The translations under genes and the position numbers were made by a program. A stretch of 62,977 nt of DNA, counting the filler. It is 4 parts of 4 records of this genome, joined end to end, with 100 filler letters (N's around TTAATTAATTAA, not from the genome) between each part and the next. Parts side by side here need not be neighbours in the genome. Positions count along the whole stretch, not along the records: positions 1 to 19,702 come from DRR723986_1722; positions 19,803 to 47,668 come from DRR723986_1724; 2 more parts are not named here. One strand, given 5' to 3'. Shown here piece by piece: positions 16,410 to 27,400 of the stretch. The notes below the pieces were generated by a model. That model had not been told where the DNA came from and did not search any database. It saw nothing but the letters and a program-made list of their open reading frames with translations. Position 1 is the stretch's first letter. Each line of letters starts with the position of its first letter.

Positions 16410-17093
16410 TTATCCTCCGTCACGTTCAGTGAGCGCCCGCAGCGCCTCGGGATCGAGGACTGTCAGGCTGCGGTAGGCTATTTTTATGGCGCCGCCTTGC
16501 TCCCATTGCTTGAGCAGGCGGTTGATGCTTTGCCGCGATGTGCCGAGCATCTGGCTCATTTCCTCTTGCGAGAAGCGGAGCGTGACCGGGTGATGGGGGC
16601 CCGCCGCTTCTAGCTCCCGCCCATGCGCCTGCAACACTTCCCGCGCCAGACGGGCGGGCAAGGGGCGCAGCACGGTATCGTCCATCCGGCTGAGGATCAT
16701 GCGATACCGCCTCCCCATCATGGCCAGGAATTGCAGCAGGAAGTCCGGCCGGTGATCGACAAGCTGGTGGACTGCTGCAGCCGGGACGATCAACACGGCG
16801 CTGTCGACAATCGCCATGGCGTCGTTTCCGCGCGGCTCTCCGGAAAACAGGGAGGCCTCGCCGAACCACTGGTTCTGAGTCACCATGCTCAGAACGGATT
16901 CCCGCCCTCCGGCGCTGGTCACGCTGAGGCGCAGCACTCCTTCTTCAACGCAGAACAGCGCGTCGGGCACGGACCCGAACGCATAAAGCTCCTCACCCCT
17001 GCCCAGCAGACGGCGGCGAGCATGCTGGCGCAGCGCAGCATCGAGCTCCGGGCTTAATGTTCCTGGATCGTGCTGCGCCCTGTCGTTGTTCAA
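16410..17093 (-). CDS. Crp/Fnr family transcriptional regulator
   Basis: WFGEASLF..PR cNMP-binding fold, SQEEMSQMLGTSRQSINRLL HTH. Confidence 0.92.
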   Translation of the reverse strand: MNNDRAQHDPGTLSPELDAALRQHARRRLLGRGEELYAFGSVPDALFCVEEGVLRLSVTSAGGRESVLSMVTQNQWFGEASLFSGEPRGNDAMAIVDSAVLIVPAAAVHQLVDHRPDFLLQFLAMMGRRYRMILSRMDDTVLRPLPARLAREVLQAHGRELEAAGPHHPVTLRFSQEEMSQMLGTSRQSINRLLKQWEQGGAIKIAYRSLTVLDPEALRALTERDGG

Positions 17094-17130
17094 CTGCCGA
17101 TGTCCTTGATCCGCCTGTGAGGGCTGGCAC

Positions 17131-18042
17131 TCAACTCGCCAGTGCTTCCTTTAGCCGGTCGCGCCGCTCCTTGAACATCGGAATGTCATCGTAGGGAATA
17201 GCAGGGTTGGAGCCGTCCACGATGTGATCGAGGCGATTTTTGACGATCGGCAGCAGTTCCGGGCTGGGATAGATGTAAAACTGTCCGGCTTCGATCGCCT
17301 GGAACGTGATGCTGGCCACTTCTGCAGGGGTCAAAGAGCCGTTGGCGAGATCCTTGGCTGAAATTGCCTGGGTGGCGAGCTGCGACTTGGTTGGGCCGCT
17401 ATCGTTGGCGAAATCTGCCGGGCGGGTGCGATAGCACTGGCTGATGTTGGTGGACACGTAAGACGGGCAAAGCACCGCTGTCGTTACCTGATCGCCGACC
17501 AGGTCGAGATCGTGGTAAAGGCACTCTGAAATCGCGATCACCGCATGCTTAGACACGCTGTAGATGCCCATGCCCGGTCCCGTGACCAGTCCGGCCATCG
17601 AAGCAGTGTTTACAATGCAGCCTTGATAAACAGGGTCGGCAGCGGCGGCGGCCAGCATCCGCGGGGTAAAAGTGCGCACGCCATTGGCAACGCCATCGAC
17701 GTTAACGGCGAAGACCCACTTCCAGTCATTTTCGGTGCTCTCCCAGATCGGTCCACCTGATGCGACCCCGGCATTGTTGAACACAAGGTTGACCGGACCG
17801 AACTGCCGTTCCACGGCCTCGGCCAGCGCATCCACTGAAGCCGCGCTGGTCACGTCGGTCAGCACACCGAATGCGTCCGCACCGCTGGCCCGCAGCTCTT
17901 CAACCGCCGCATTCATCGCCTCGGGCTGCACGTCGGCAATCACCACCCGCATACCCCGCCTTGCCGCTTCGAGCGCCATCGCCTTGCCCAAGCCAGAACC
18001 GCCGCCGGTTACTACGGCCACGCCGCCTTTCATGTTCTTCAT
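17131..18042 (-). CDS. SDR family oxidoreductase
   Basis: TGGGSGLG, NNAG, NTAS, YSVSK; AGGAG RBS. Confidence 0.93.
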   Translation of the reverse strand: MKNMKGGVAVVTGGGSGLGKAMALEAARRGMRVVIADVQPEAMNAAVEELRASGADAFGVLTDVTSAASVDALAEAVERQFGPVNLVFNNAGVASGGPIWESTENDWKWVFAVNVDGVANGVRTFTPRMLAAAAADPVYQGCIVNTASMAGLVTGPGMGIYSVSKHAVIAISECLYHDLDLVGDQVTTAVLCPSYVSTNISQCYRTRPADFANDSGPTKSQLATQAISAKDLANGSLTPAEVASITFQAIEAGQFYIYPSPELLPIVKNRLDHIVDGSNPAIPYDDIPMFKERRDRLKEALAS

Positions 18043-18077
18043 CTGCGCTCTCCTGAATGGTTCCGGGTCTGGCCCGG

Positions 18078-19583
18078 TCAATAGCTGTAGGAAAAGATCG
18101 GATCGTCGAGATCGATCGCCGGGATCGCCTTGCTCTCGTAGAGATAATCCTGGCTGTGCTGCCATTCCGGCTTGTCACCGCTGCGTGGCAGGCGGTCCAG
18201 GCTGCGTAACAGGTAGCCGGGATTGAGGTATTCGGTGTCAACCCACGGCCGCAGCGGCATGTCGCGGTCTTCCGGGCGCAAGGTCGGCGCAATGCTCTTT
18301 GCGCCGCGCTCCTCCAGATGGCGCAGCAGGCGGCAGACGAATTCGCCGATCAGGTCCGCGCGCAAGGTCCAGCTATAGTGCCCATAGCCATAGATCCAGG
18401 CCATGTTCGGCACGTCGGTGAACATCATCCCGCGATAGGTCACGGACCGCGCGAAATCGATATCGCGTCCGTCAACCCGGAACGGAATCTCCCCCATCAC
18501 GGCCATTTCAAAGCCGGTCGCGGTGATCACCACGTCGCAATCAATCCGGCCACCGGAGGCGAGTTGAATGCCGGTTTCGTCGAAGGCTGCGATCTGGTCC
18601 GTCACGACCGATGCCTTGCCCGAAGCGACAGCCTTGAACAGGTCGCCATCGGGCACGAAGGCCACGCGCTGCTGCATGGGCTTGTAAGGCGGGGTAAAGT
18701 GGCGATCGACATCGAAGCCTTCGGGCAGGCACGCCTTGACCCCATCGATCAGCAGCTTCTTCAGCTTGTCGGGTGCCGCCTGCGCACGCTCCAGCAATTC
18801 GGCGCGGTCTCGCACCACCTTGCGGCGCATGATCTCGTGAATCCAGGCGTCATCGACGTCCAGCTTGCGCAGTTCGTCCGCCAGGCTGTCGGCATTGCGC
18901 CCAGCGGCGAAGTAGGTCGGCGTGCGCTGAAGCATGGTGACATGCGCGCAGCTTTCCGCCAGCGCCGGGATCAAGGTGGCGGCTGTTGCGCCCGAGCCGA
19001 TCACCGTCACCTGCTTGCCGCTGAGATCGAGATCGTCTGGCCAATGCTGCGGGTGGACCACCTGCCCCTTGAACTGGTCAAACCCAGGCCAGTCCGGCGT
19101 GTAGCCTTGAGAATGGCGGTAGTAACCCTGACACATCCACAGGAAGCGCCCCTGCAGATGGACCAGCTCTTCTGTATCACTGCGCTCGACGGCCAGGGTC
19201 CAGCTTGCCGCTTCACTCGACCAATCGGCGGATTGAACCTTGTGACCATAGCGGATGTGCGGCCCAAGATTGGCGTCCTCGATCGCACCGCCAAGATAGT
19301 CCAGGATCTGCTGGCGCGAAGCGATCGGATCACCCTTCCACGGCTTGAAGCCATAGCCGAAAGTGAACAGATCGCTGTCCGAGCGAGTGCCGGGATACTT
19401 GTGCATCAGCCAGGTGCCGCCGAACGATTCCATCGCGTCGAGGACGACAAAGCTCAAGTCCGGGCAGTGCTTGCGCAGCAGCGTCGCGCTACCGATGCCT
19501 GAGATCCCTGCTCCGACGATGATGACGTCGAAGCGCTCGATCTTCTCAGAATTGCGACCGGCATCGGTTGAAACCGCAGACAT
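18078..19583 (-). CDS. Flavin-containing monooxygenase (Baeyer-Villiger, EthA-like)
   Basis: GAGISG, GGTW..YPG.RSDSD, FKGQVVHPQHWP fingerprint, GSGATA, ATG. Confidence 0.93.
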   Translation of the reverse strand: MSAVSTDAGRNSEKIERFDVIIVGAGISGIGSATLLRKHCPDLSFVVLDAMESFGGTWLMHKYPGTRSDSDLFTFGYGFKPWKGDPIASRQQILDYLGGAIEDANLGPHIRYGHKVQSADWSSEAASWTLAVERSDTEELVHLQGRFLWMCQGYYRHSQGYTPDWPGFDQFKGQVVHPQHWPDDLDLSGKQVTVIGSGATAATLIPALAESCAHVTMLQRTPTYFAAGRNADSLADELRKLDVDDAWIHEIMRRKVVRDRAELLERAQAAPDKLKKLLIDGVKACLPEGFDVDRHFTPPYKPMQQRVAFVPDGDLFKAVASGKASVVTDQIAAFDETGIQLASGGRIDCDVVITATGFEMAVMGEIPFRVDGRDIDFARSVTYRGMMFTDVPNMAWIYGYGHYSWTLRADLIGEFVCRLLRHLEERGAKSIAPTLRPEDRDMPLRPWVDTEYLNPGYLLRSLDRLPRSGDKPEWQHSQDYLYESKAIPAIDLDDPIFSYSY

Positions 19584-19649
19584 TTCATTCCTCCAGCGCC
19601 GCGTGTTTGGACGGCGTTGGGGGGTTCCCTAAAGACGATCGACTGGCAA

Positions 19650-19670
19650 AACTGTCGCCTATTGGCAGTT
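19650..19670. promoter_or_regulatory. Palindromic operator upstream of the BVMO operon
   Basis: AACTGTC-GCCTATT-GGCAGTT near-perfect inverted repeat. Confidence 0.45.
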
Positions 19671-19672
19671 TG

Positions 19673-19702
19673 TGTTGATTTCTGCTGAGAACTGACCCGG
19701 GG
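19673..19702. mobile_element. IS21-family terminal inverted repeat at contig end
   Basis: TGTTGATTTCTGCTGAGAACTGACCC resembles IS21 ends; contig breaks here as expected for a repeat. Confidence 0.65.
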
Positions 19703-19802
19703 NNNNNNNNNNNNNNNNNNNNNNNNNNNNNNNNNNNNNNNNNNNNTTAATTAATTAANNNNNNNNNNNNNNNNNNNNNNNNNNNNNNNNNNNNNNNNNN
19801 NN
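19703..19802. other. Artificial contig spacer
   Basis: N44-TTAATTAATTAA-N44. Confidence 0.99.
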
Positions 19803-19962
19803 CGCTATACGTCCGTGCGACTCGCACTAGCTGGCTTGAAGTGATTGGTTTATCAAGTCAGGCCCAGCCAAGTTTTGGGGCTCGAAGCGGCGACCGCTAG
19901 CCGATGCTGGCGGTAGACTATGTTTGTTGGTTAACGGGATCGATTTTCACGGAGGCTTAGAT

Positions 19963-21546
19963 ATGGCGGCTGAGTTGAGTGCGCCAGGTAATCCCGAAGA
20001 CCATCGGAGCCCCGTGGCTGTAATTGACATTGGTGCTACCAGTGTTCGGATGGCCATTGCGGATATTAACGAATCCGGTGAAGTGCATTTGCTGGAGAGT
20101 CTTTCCCAGGCGGTCACGCTAGGGAAAGATACTTTCACGCAGCGGAAGATTCGCAAGAGCTCCATCGAGCAGTGCGTGCGAGTCTTGCGTAGCTATCGCC
20201 GCTTGCTGCAGGAATATGGAATCTCCAATCCAAGGCAGATTCGCGTTGTCGCGACCAGTGCGGTACGCGAAGCCAGCAATCGGCTGAGCTTTCTTGACCG
20301 CGTCTACATTGCAACGGGCCTTGAGATTGAACCCCTTGATGAAGCGGAGGTGAACCGCATCACATACATGGGAGTTCAATCGCTACTGCAGGCCAGCCCG
20401 AAGATAGCTTCGGCGAAGACCATTATCGTCGAAGTAGGCGGCGGCAGTACGGAAATCCTAGTAGTGCAAAGTGGCAACGTGCTGTTTTCACACACGTATC
20501 GCCTGGGATCGCTGCGACTTCGCGAAACGATGGACAACTCCGCGGCAACGCCGGTAAAGCAGCGGACAATCTTAGAAAGCCAGGTCCTGCGGGTTGTCGC
20601 GCAGATTCGCGAGCATGTTAATTCCGATGAACCGGTCAGTATGTTGGCGATTGGCGGCGATGTGCGATTCGCGGCAAAACACTTGTTGGAAAACTGGCAG
20701 CCAGACAAACTCTCGCGACTTGATACCGAACGCTTAAATGAGTTCACACGTGATCTGTTGAAGTTCAGCGAAGATCAAATTGTGACCAAGTATGGGATCA
20801 GTTTTCAAGACGCCGAAACAGTGGGCCCGGCACTGCTGAGCTACGTACTGATTGCGCGTGGATTCGACGCGAAAAAGATTGCCATTGCCGATACCAACTT
20901 ACGCGACGGACTGCTGCAAGACTTGGCCTCGCGTGAGTACTGGACGGCAAATCTTCGTAGCCAGATTATCCGCTCGGCGGTCAGCCTGGGGCGGCGTTTC
21001 GATTTCGACGAAAAACACGCTCGGCATGTTGCGACGCTCTGTCGAGATCTTTTCAACGACCTTGAATCCGAGCACCAACTTGAACCTAAAATGGAGTTGA
21101 TACTCTACGTTGCCGCTTTATTGCACGAGATCGGCTTGTATATAAACGTTCGTGGCCATCACAAACATGCCATGTACCTTATTCGGAACAGCGAATTGTT
21201 TGGGTTGAGTCGGAAGGATGTCATGCTGATTGCGATGGTTGCACGTTATCATCGCCGAAGTAGCCCAATGCCGCAGCATGAAGGCTATGCCACTTTGCGA
21301 CGCAAAGACCGAATCGCGGTTTCCAAATTGGCGGCAATTCTGAGAGTCGCGATCGCGCTAGATGACTCGCGCAGCCAACGAATCAAGAATATTCGCTGCC
21401 GCGTCGACGAAAAGCGGTTCCTTCTGACGGCTCGCGGAATCGAAGATGTGTCGCTAGAGCAGGTTGCCCTTCGGCAGAGTGGTTCTCTGTTTGAAGAAGT
21501 CTTCGGCCTCATTGTGCACCTGCGCGCGGGCGGCCGCGAAGACTGA
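19963..21546 (+). CDS. ppx: Ppx/GppA exopolyphosphatase with HD-like domain
   Basis: IDIGATSVR, VATSAVREA, EVGGGSTE, LRDG, LLHEIG, HHKH. Confidence 0.9.
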   Translation: MAAELSAPGNPEDHRSPVAVIDIGATSVRMAIADINESGEVHLLESLSQAVTLGKDTFTQRKIRKSSIEQCVRVLRSYRRLLQEYGISNPRQIRVVATSAVREASNRLSFLDRVYIATGLEIEPLDEAEVNRITYMGVQSLLQASPKIASAKTIIVEVGGGSTEILVVQSGNVLFSHTYRLGSLRLRETMDNSAATPVKQRTILESQVLRVVAQIREHVNSDEPVSMLAIGGDVRFAAKHLLENWQPDKLSRLDTERLNEFTRDLLKFSEDQIVTKYGISFQDAETVGPALLSYVLIARGFDAKKIAIADTNLRDGLLQDLASREYWTANLRSQIIRSAVSLGRRFDFDEKHARHVATLCRDLFNDLESEHQLEPKMELILYVAALLHEIGLYINVRGHHKHAMYLIRNSELFGLSRKDVMLIAMVARYHRRSSPMPQHEGYATLRRKDRIAVSKLAAILRVAIALDDSRSQRIKNIRCRVDEKRFLLTARGIEDVSLEQVALRQSGSLFEEVFGLIVHLRAGGRED

Positions 21547-21831
21547 GTCGCGTTGGCGTCTATCCCAACGCACCGCATTCTTGCATCGATGTGTGAAGTG
21601 TGACACGTTCGCCGAAATGCTTCCTATAGAAAATACGGAACAGTCTTGGTGATTGGATGCGTGCGAATTCGCACCCTGGCGATGCAATTTCACCACGCTT
21701 AGAGAACTTGCTCTTCCGTCAACGGAACGTGTTATACTTAACTGTAGCGACTGGCAGCGGTGGGGACCGTTTGAGGACTTTGGTGCTCGAAGTCTCGCAC
21801 CTTGTCAGGTGGATTGGGAAAGCAACCGATC

Positions 21832-22722
21832 ATGGCCGATTACGTTTTGCCAGCGACAAGCAGTATGAAACCGACGCCACCAAATACCAACCCAACGGGC
21901 AGCAAGGACCTCTTGCGCAAGGATTTGCTCGTAAAGAACTACGGGGAAGCGGTGGAAGATCCATTTTCGGATGGAGATGCGGCGAAGGAAGCCACGCCGG
22001 CCGTAAAGCTGGAACGATTTCAGACGCTTGAGCGCGTCATCCGCGACACTCCAATTACGGCAGATCCGTATTTGGAACTTGCGAAAATCTATATGTCGCA
22101 GCAGCGATCCGCTGATGCCCGCCGCGTTCTCGACTTAGCATACCAGCGATTTTCGGACATTGAAGAAGTCTGCTTTCTGCGGGAAGAAGCACAACTGCAC
22201 CGCTCATTTCAGTTGCTTCAGGAAGCGACGTCCGAGCATGCTGCCGAACCAACACGACTGACCGAAGAGAGCTTGGACCGCAGTCGGCTCGAATTCAATG
22301 TACTCAAAGAGCAGGTCTGCCACGCGCGGCTAAGTCGAAATCCAAGCCAACAGGAGTTGTATATCAAGCTGGCCGAGGCCCAAGACCAGCTTGGCAAGAC
22401 GCCTGATGCGATTGCCGCACTGGAGAAAGCTGCCGCGGTGCCAGAGTTCCGTGCGCAGGCAGCCCTGCAGCTTGGGCATTTGCTCCGCCGATCGGGAAAA
22501 GTCCCCGAGGCACTCTCGGCTTATCGGCGTGCTGCCATTTTCCGCATTCCGCCTCCTCCTGCTGAGGTCAAGCTGAATGCACTGAAGGCAGCGGTGCAGC
22601 TCGCGGAAGACTCTGGCTTAATCGATTCAGCCCGGCGTTATGCAGAGTTGCTCGTCGAATCGAAGCCCGAACAGGCAGCTCACAAGAAACTCCTTGAGCG
22701 TTTGCAGCAAACTCCGCTGTAG
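21832..22722 (+). CDS. Tetratricopeptide repeat protein
   Basis: TPR-like helical repeats (YLELAKIY, LAEAQDQLGK..AIAALEKA); start uncertain. Confidence 0.8.
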   Translation: MADYVLPATSSMKPTPPNTNPTGSKDLLRKDLLVKNYGEAVEDPFSDGDAAKEATPAVKLERFQTLERVIRDTPITADPYLELAKIYMSQQRSADARRVLDLAYQRFSDIEEVCFLREEAQLHRSFQLLQEATSEHAAEPTRLTEESLDRSRLEFNVLKEQVCHARLSRNPSQQELYIKLAEAQDQLGKTPDAIAALEKAAAVPEFRAQAALQLGHLLRRSGKVPEALSAYRRAAIFRIPPPPAEVKLNALKAAVQLAEDSGLIDSARRYAELLVESKPEQAAHKKLLERLQQTPL

Positions 22723-22808
22723 TCAAAGAGCCTTTGTCTGCGTCCCTCCATTTCTCTTCGTTTAAGTCTTCGTAGCCCGCAGCGGGCGAAGTCTACCGCC
22801 AGCGAACG

Positions 22809-22848
22809 AAAAAAGCACCGCAGCCAATCCAGACTGCGGTGCTTCTTT
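22809..22848. terminator. Bidirectional intrinsic terminator
   Basis: AAGCACCGCAG...CTGCGGTGCTT with A/T tracts, between convergent genes. Confidence 0.8.
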
Positions 22849-22893
22849 ATGTTATTCGCTTGAGGAGATCAAGCGGCATCATGTCACAGCCAG

Positions 22894-23949
22894 CTACTTG
22901 GAAACCGGGATCTGAATCTGGTTTGCTGGCTTGATATTGCTGTCCGCTGCGAGCATCTCATAGCTTAGGCCGAGTTCCGCAATCTGGTCTTCGAGGTCGG
23001 TCTTGACCAAAACGCTGCCCTCAAACTTGCCCTGCCCCTGATTGGGCCGCACGCGAATGTTCACCAAGTGAACGGTCTTGGCCTCCGGTGAAGGCTTGAA
23101 CTCGATGTCCGCCCCTTCGGAACTGATGTCAACAATGCGAAACGCCTCTTTGGCTTTAACCACCAACCGTTTCACAATCTCATCGCCAGCCTCGATGGAG
23201 CCCAGCTTGAACTCCTCAACGCTGGTCTGAACACCGGCGCGTTTTACGCTCGCCATCAAACGAAGCGGAACGCTTGTGATTCGACGGTCGTTGGTATGCA
23301 GGACGAGTTGTTCGTGCAATTTGCCGACCGGCGCGTCGCCGTTGACCTTCGCTTTGATAGCATATCGAACCAAGCCACCGCCTCGCGAGGTTTCCTCAAA
23401 GTCAACCTTCACGAACTTGTTTGGGCTGGTGATCTCGGTGAGTTGCCAGTCGCTGCGGCCGGCGTAAACCAGATTCAGGTTGAGTTCTTTGCCCTCACCC
23501 TGAGTGACTTCGCCGAAGTTTGCTTCGCCAGGATCGATGACAATATCACTGCGGATATAGCCCTTCACCTGCAACTGAATTTCTGTCCAAAAAGGTTGAT
23601 CGATAGAGACAGTTAGTGTGGCAGCTTTGGAACCCGTGAAAGTCCCTGTATTGAACCTCGCAAGGATGGTTCCGGTACCACCCGGTGGGATCGTCTCTGT
23701 TTCGATGATTGGCGTCGTGCATCCGCAGCTAGCACGAATGCCTCGCAGGTGCAAAGGCTTGTCCAGCGTGTTCTTGATTACGAAACGATGTTCGGTTTTT
23801 GCAGCCTTAGCAACGCTACCGAAGTCGTGAGTGCGTTGTTCGAGCGGGATTGCCTGGCGGAGCCAGTCTTGGGCCAAAGAGATTTGCGGCAGGGTAGCGA
23901 CGGCGAGAGAAGCCGTAGCGACGGCGCAGATGCGTACGAAGGGTCGCAT
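22894..23949 (-). CDS. Secreted DUF1573 (Ig-like) domain protein
   Basis: Signal peptide, HDFG, ASCGCT; GGAGG RBS. Confidence 0.85.
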   Translation of the reverse strand: MRPFVRICAVATASLAVATLPQISLAQDWLRQAIPLEQRTHDFGSVAKAAKTEHRFVIKNTLDKPLHLRGIRASCGCTTPIIETETIPPGGTGTILARFNTGTFTGSKAATLTVSIDQPFWTEIQLQVKGYIRSDIVIDPGEANFGEVTQGEGKELNLNLVYAGRSDWQLTEITSPNKFVKVDFEETSRGGGLVRYAIKAKVNGDAPVGKLHEQLVLHTNDRRITSVPLRLMASVKRAGVQTSVEEFKLGSIEAGDEIVKRLVVKAKEAFRIVDISSEGADIEFKPSPEAKTVHLVNIRVRPNQGQGKFEGSVLVKTDLEDQIAELGLSYEMLAADSNIKPANQIQIPVSK

Positions 23950-24431
23950 AGAGTCGGACCTCCAGATTTTACGGAGTGGGATTGGGCACAGGGGATAGAC
24001 CACTTCACAGAGTGGTTTGGGCGTAACCCGGGAAAGTTTGGAGCGGACCCGAGCGACAGCCTGTGGAGGGAGTTCCCTCACCATCAGTTATCATACGCTT
24101 GTCGAGCTCTACACCAAACTAATGACCACAAAATCTTGGACTGCAATAAAGCCCCGCGGTGCCACCAAATTGATGGGAAGAACAAAAAGAAGTGTCCAAA
24201 ATCCCGCAGCCAAACAAGAGGACGCAGCTTAGCTAACCGGACGCCATTTATGCGCTCCGTGGGCGGCCTCGTCCGACCGGGCAACATCGCTGAATAGCCT
24301 TGCAGTAGTCAGCAAGGCGACACCTCTCCGAACATAGGGCTGGTGTACAATGTACATTCGAAAGCTGAAATGAATCCGAACAGAGCCAACCTTGTCCGTT
24401 CCCTCCAATCGCCTCACCAACGCCAGCCGAC

Positions 24432-27400
24432 ATGACCACTTCAGTCCACACAGCTCTCCCAGAAGAACTTTGCCCGGCGCTCCGTCTTGCTGCTGATGGT
24501 CTGCCGTCAGTATGCATTTCCGCTCGGTCGAGCGTCCCCAGAGCTGGAATTGCTAGGGCGAAACGGATTGCCATCGCGTTGGTATTGCTGCCAGCATTCT
24601 GCCTAGCCAGCGTCGCGGATGCTAGTGAGCCAGCCGACCAACCTGTGGCGGAGCCCTCGGAAGAAGTCGATTTCAATCGCCATATCCGCCCCCTCTTCAA
24701 TGAACACTGCACGGCCTGCCACGGTGGAGTGAAACAGGCGGGTGATTTGAGCTTTGTTTATCGCGATTCCGCCTTGAATGTCATTGAACCTGGGGACGCT
24801 GAAAGTTCTTACATTTTAGAACGAGTCATCAGTGACGATGAAAGCGAGCGCATGCCGCCGCCCGAACACGGTCCCGGATTGAACGATGATGAGGTGCAGT
24901 TGTTACGGCGCTGGATAAATGAAGGGGCAAAGTGGGGGAAGCACTGGGCCTTCATCGCTCCCAAACGACAAAATGCACCTGCCGTGCAGCAGACGGATTG
25001 GCCTCGGACTCCAATCGACGCATTTGTCCTCGCTCGGATTGAAAAGGGCGGATTGACCGTGAATCCTCAGACGACGCCAGCCCGTTGGCTACGTCGCGCA
25101 TCTTTGGATGCCACCGGGTTGCCGCCATCGCCGGAGCAAATCAAACAGTTCGAAGCATCTGTTGCGGCCGACGGAGAAGCCGCCTACCAGGCTGCGGTTC
25201 ATCGGTTGCTTTCGACTCCCAATTACGGCGAAAAATGGGCCAGCCCCTGGCTGGACGCGGTTCGCTACGCCGACTCGCGCGGGCTCGGTCTCGATGGACG
25301 CCGTAATATCTGGAAGTATCGCGATTGGGTCATCGATTCGCTAAACCGTGACATGCCGTTCAACGGTTTTACGGTGAAGCAATTGGCTGGCGATCTTCTG
25401 GAAGACGCAACCTTGGACGATCTGGTTGCAACTGCGTGTCATAGGCTAACGCAAACAAATGAGGAAGGTGGTACCGATGACGAACAGTTCCGAGTCGAAG
25501 CGGTCATCGATCGAGTCAACACGACTTGGCAAACTTGGCAAGGAGTCTCATTCGGCTGCGTGCAGTGTCATTCGCATCCCTACGATCCCATTCAACACGA
25601 AGAATACTATGAATTTCTAAGCTACTTCAACAACACGACCGATTCCGATCTTTCCAACGACGCTCCAACTATTCCCGTTCCGATTCGCCCGTCTGATTAC
25701 GCTCGTTCACTGGAGCTATACGACGAGATTCGAGAAATCCAACAGACGCTCTTCGATCGCGCCGAGCAAATCACCTCGGATCAAGTCTGGGGACCAATGG
25801 GGAAACTGAGTGCTTCAACCAACAACACAACCCAGGTCGTCGTGGCCGACGTGGATGGAGTCACTGAAGTACAGACTCGCGGAACCGTCGCCAAATCGAC
25901 AACTGTGATTGTTGAGACTCATGGGTTTGGGGAGCAGCAACTTACGGCAGTTCGTGTGACGGGCCTACCTCGCGATTCTAAAGCGGCATTGCGTGATTCA
26001 GAGTGGGGCTTCGTCATTTCAGCGGCAAAGCTCGAACTGCTTGACAAAGACGGGCAGCCGCAACCAGTGAAGTTCTCGCGCGTGATCGGCGATGAACCAC
26101 ACCCGATACTCGACCCGAACGATAGCTTGAACCCCAAGAACAGCAACGGTGTCGGACCCTACACGCGAATGCACCATGCGAGATCTGCTGTCTTTGTTCT
26201 TGAATCTCCACTGACGGTTGCTGCTGGTGAGGAGCTGCGGATTTCACTCTCGCAGAATATCTTCGCCCTTGGCGCATTCCCATTGGTCGCACCACGTCTC
26301 CGGTTAGCCTATTCTGACGACGCGGCGTGGCAAACGTGGGCTAGTGATTCCGCCTGGACGCGTTTGGCGGCCGCTCGTCGAGAGCAGAAGAAGATTCCGT
26401 CGGTGAACACTCCAGTCATGCAGCGTCGTGCCGATCGTTTTCTCAGGCCGACCGGAGTCTTCAGTCGAGGCAACTACTTGACGAAGGATGGTGTGGTGAA
26501 GCCTGACACCCCGGAGTTTCTGGCAGGGAACCCAGGCGAGAGTCGGTTGGCCATGGCGAAGTGGATTGCCAGTGAGACGAATCCGCTCTCTGCGAGGGTT
26601 CAAGTGAACCGAGTCTGGAGTGCGATTTTCGGAGTTGGTATCGTAGCCACGCAGGAGGATTTTGGATCCACGGGTGACGCTCCTTCGCATCCGATGCTGC
26701 TGGATGATCTTGCAGTTCGCTTTCAAACAGAAATGAACTGGAGCCAGAAAACGCTTATTCGTGAGATTTTGCTAAGTTCAACTTATAGACAGTCTGCAGT
26801 ATCAACACCTGAGCAAAGGAAGCTGGACCCGCAAAACCGTTTGCTCAGCAGAGGGCCGCGCCGTAGGTTGACCGCCGAAGAAGTCCGCGACCAAGCGCTG
26901 CTCATTTCCGGCCTCTTGGTCGACAAGCAATTTGGCCAACCCGTTTACCCACCAATCCCGAGCGGAGTGTGGAATCCATTTCAAGCGGGCGACAAGTGGA
27001 AGACCGCTGAAAAGGGCAATCCGGATCGCTATCGTCGGACGATCTACACGTACACAAAGCGTTCCATCCAATTCCCAATCATGGCCTCGTTCGACGCCCC
27101 GACGCGGGAATCGTGCAGCATGCGACGGCTGCCTTCCAACACGCCACTGCAGGCCCTAATGACACTGAATGACGAAGCGTTTGTCGAGTGTGCTCAGGCG
27201 TTTGCAGAGCGTATGATCGCGTCAGCAGATAAGCCCGAGGCACAGATCAGTTTCGGATACAGGGCAGCAACGGGGCGGATAGCGAGTCCAGCGGCGCTTG
27301 CAATGCTGCTCGAACTGTACAACAGCCAAGTGCAAACGCCCGGCGATCAGGGCGATGGCGAGATTGATCAACAGCAAGCATTAACGCCAGTCGCGCTGGT

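Noticed and set aside
19747-19758. TTAATTAATTAA as a regulatory palindrome (also 47713, 57589)
   Set aside because: Artificial six-frame stop linker inside N runs
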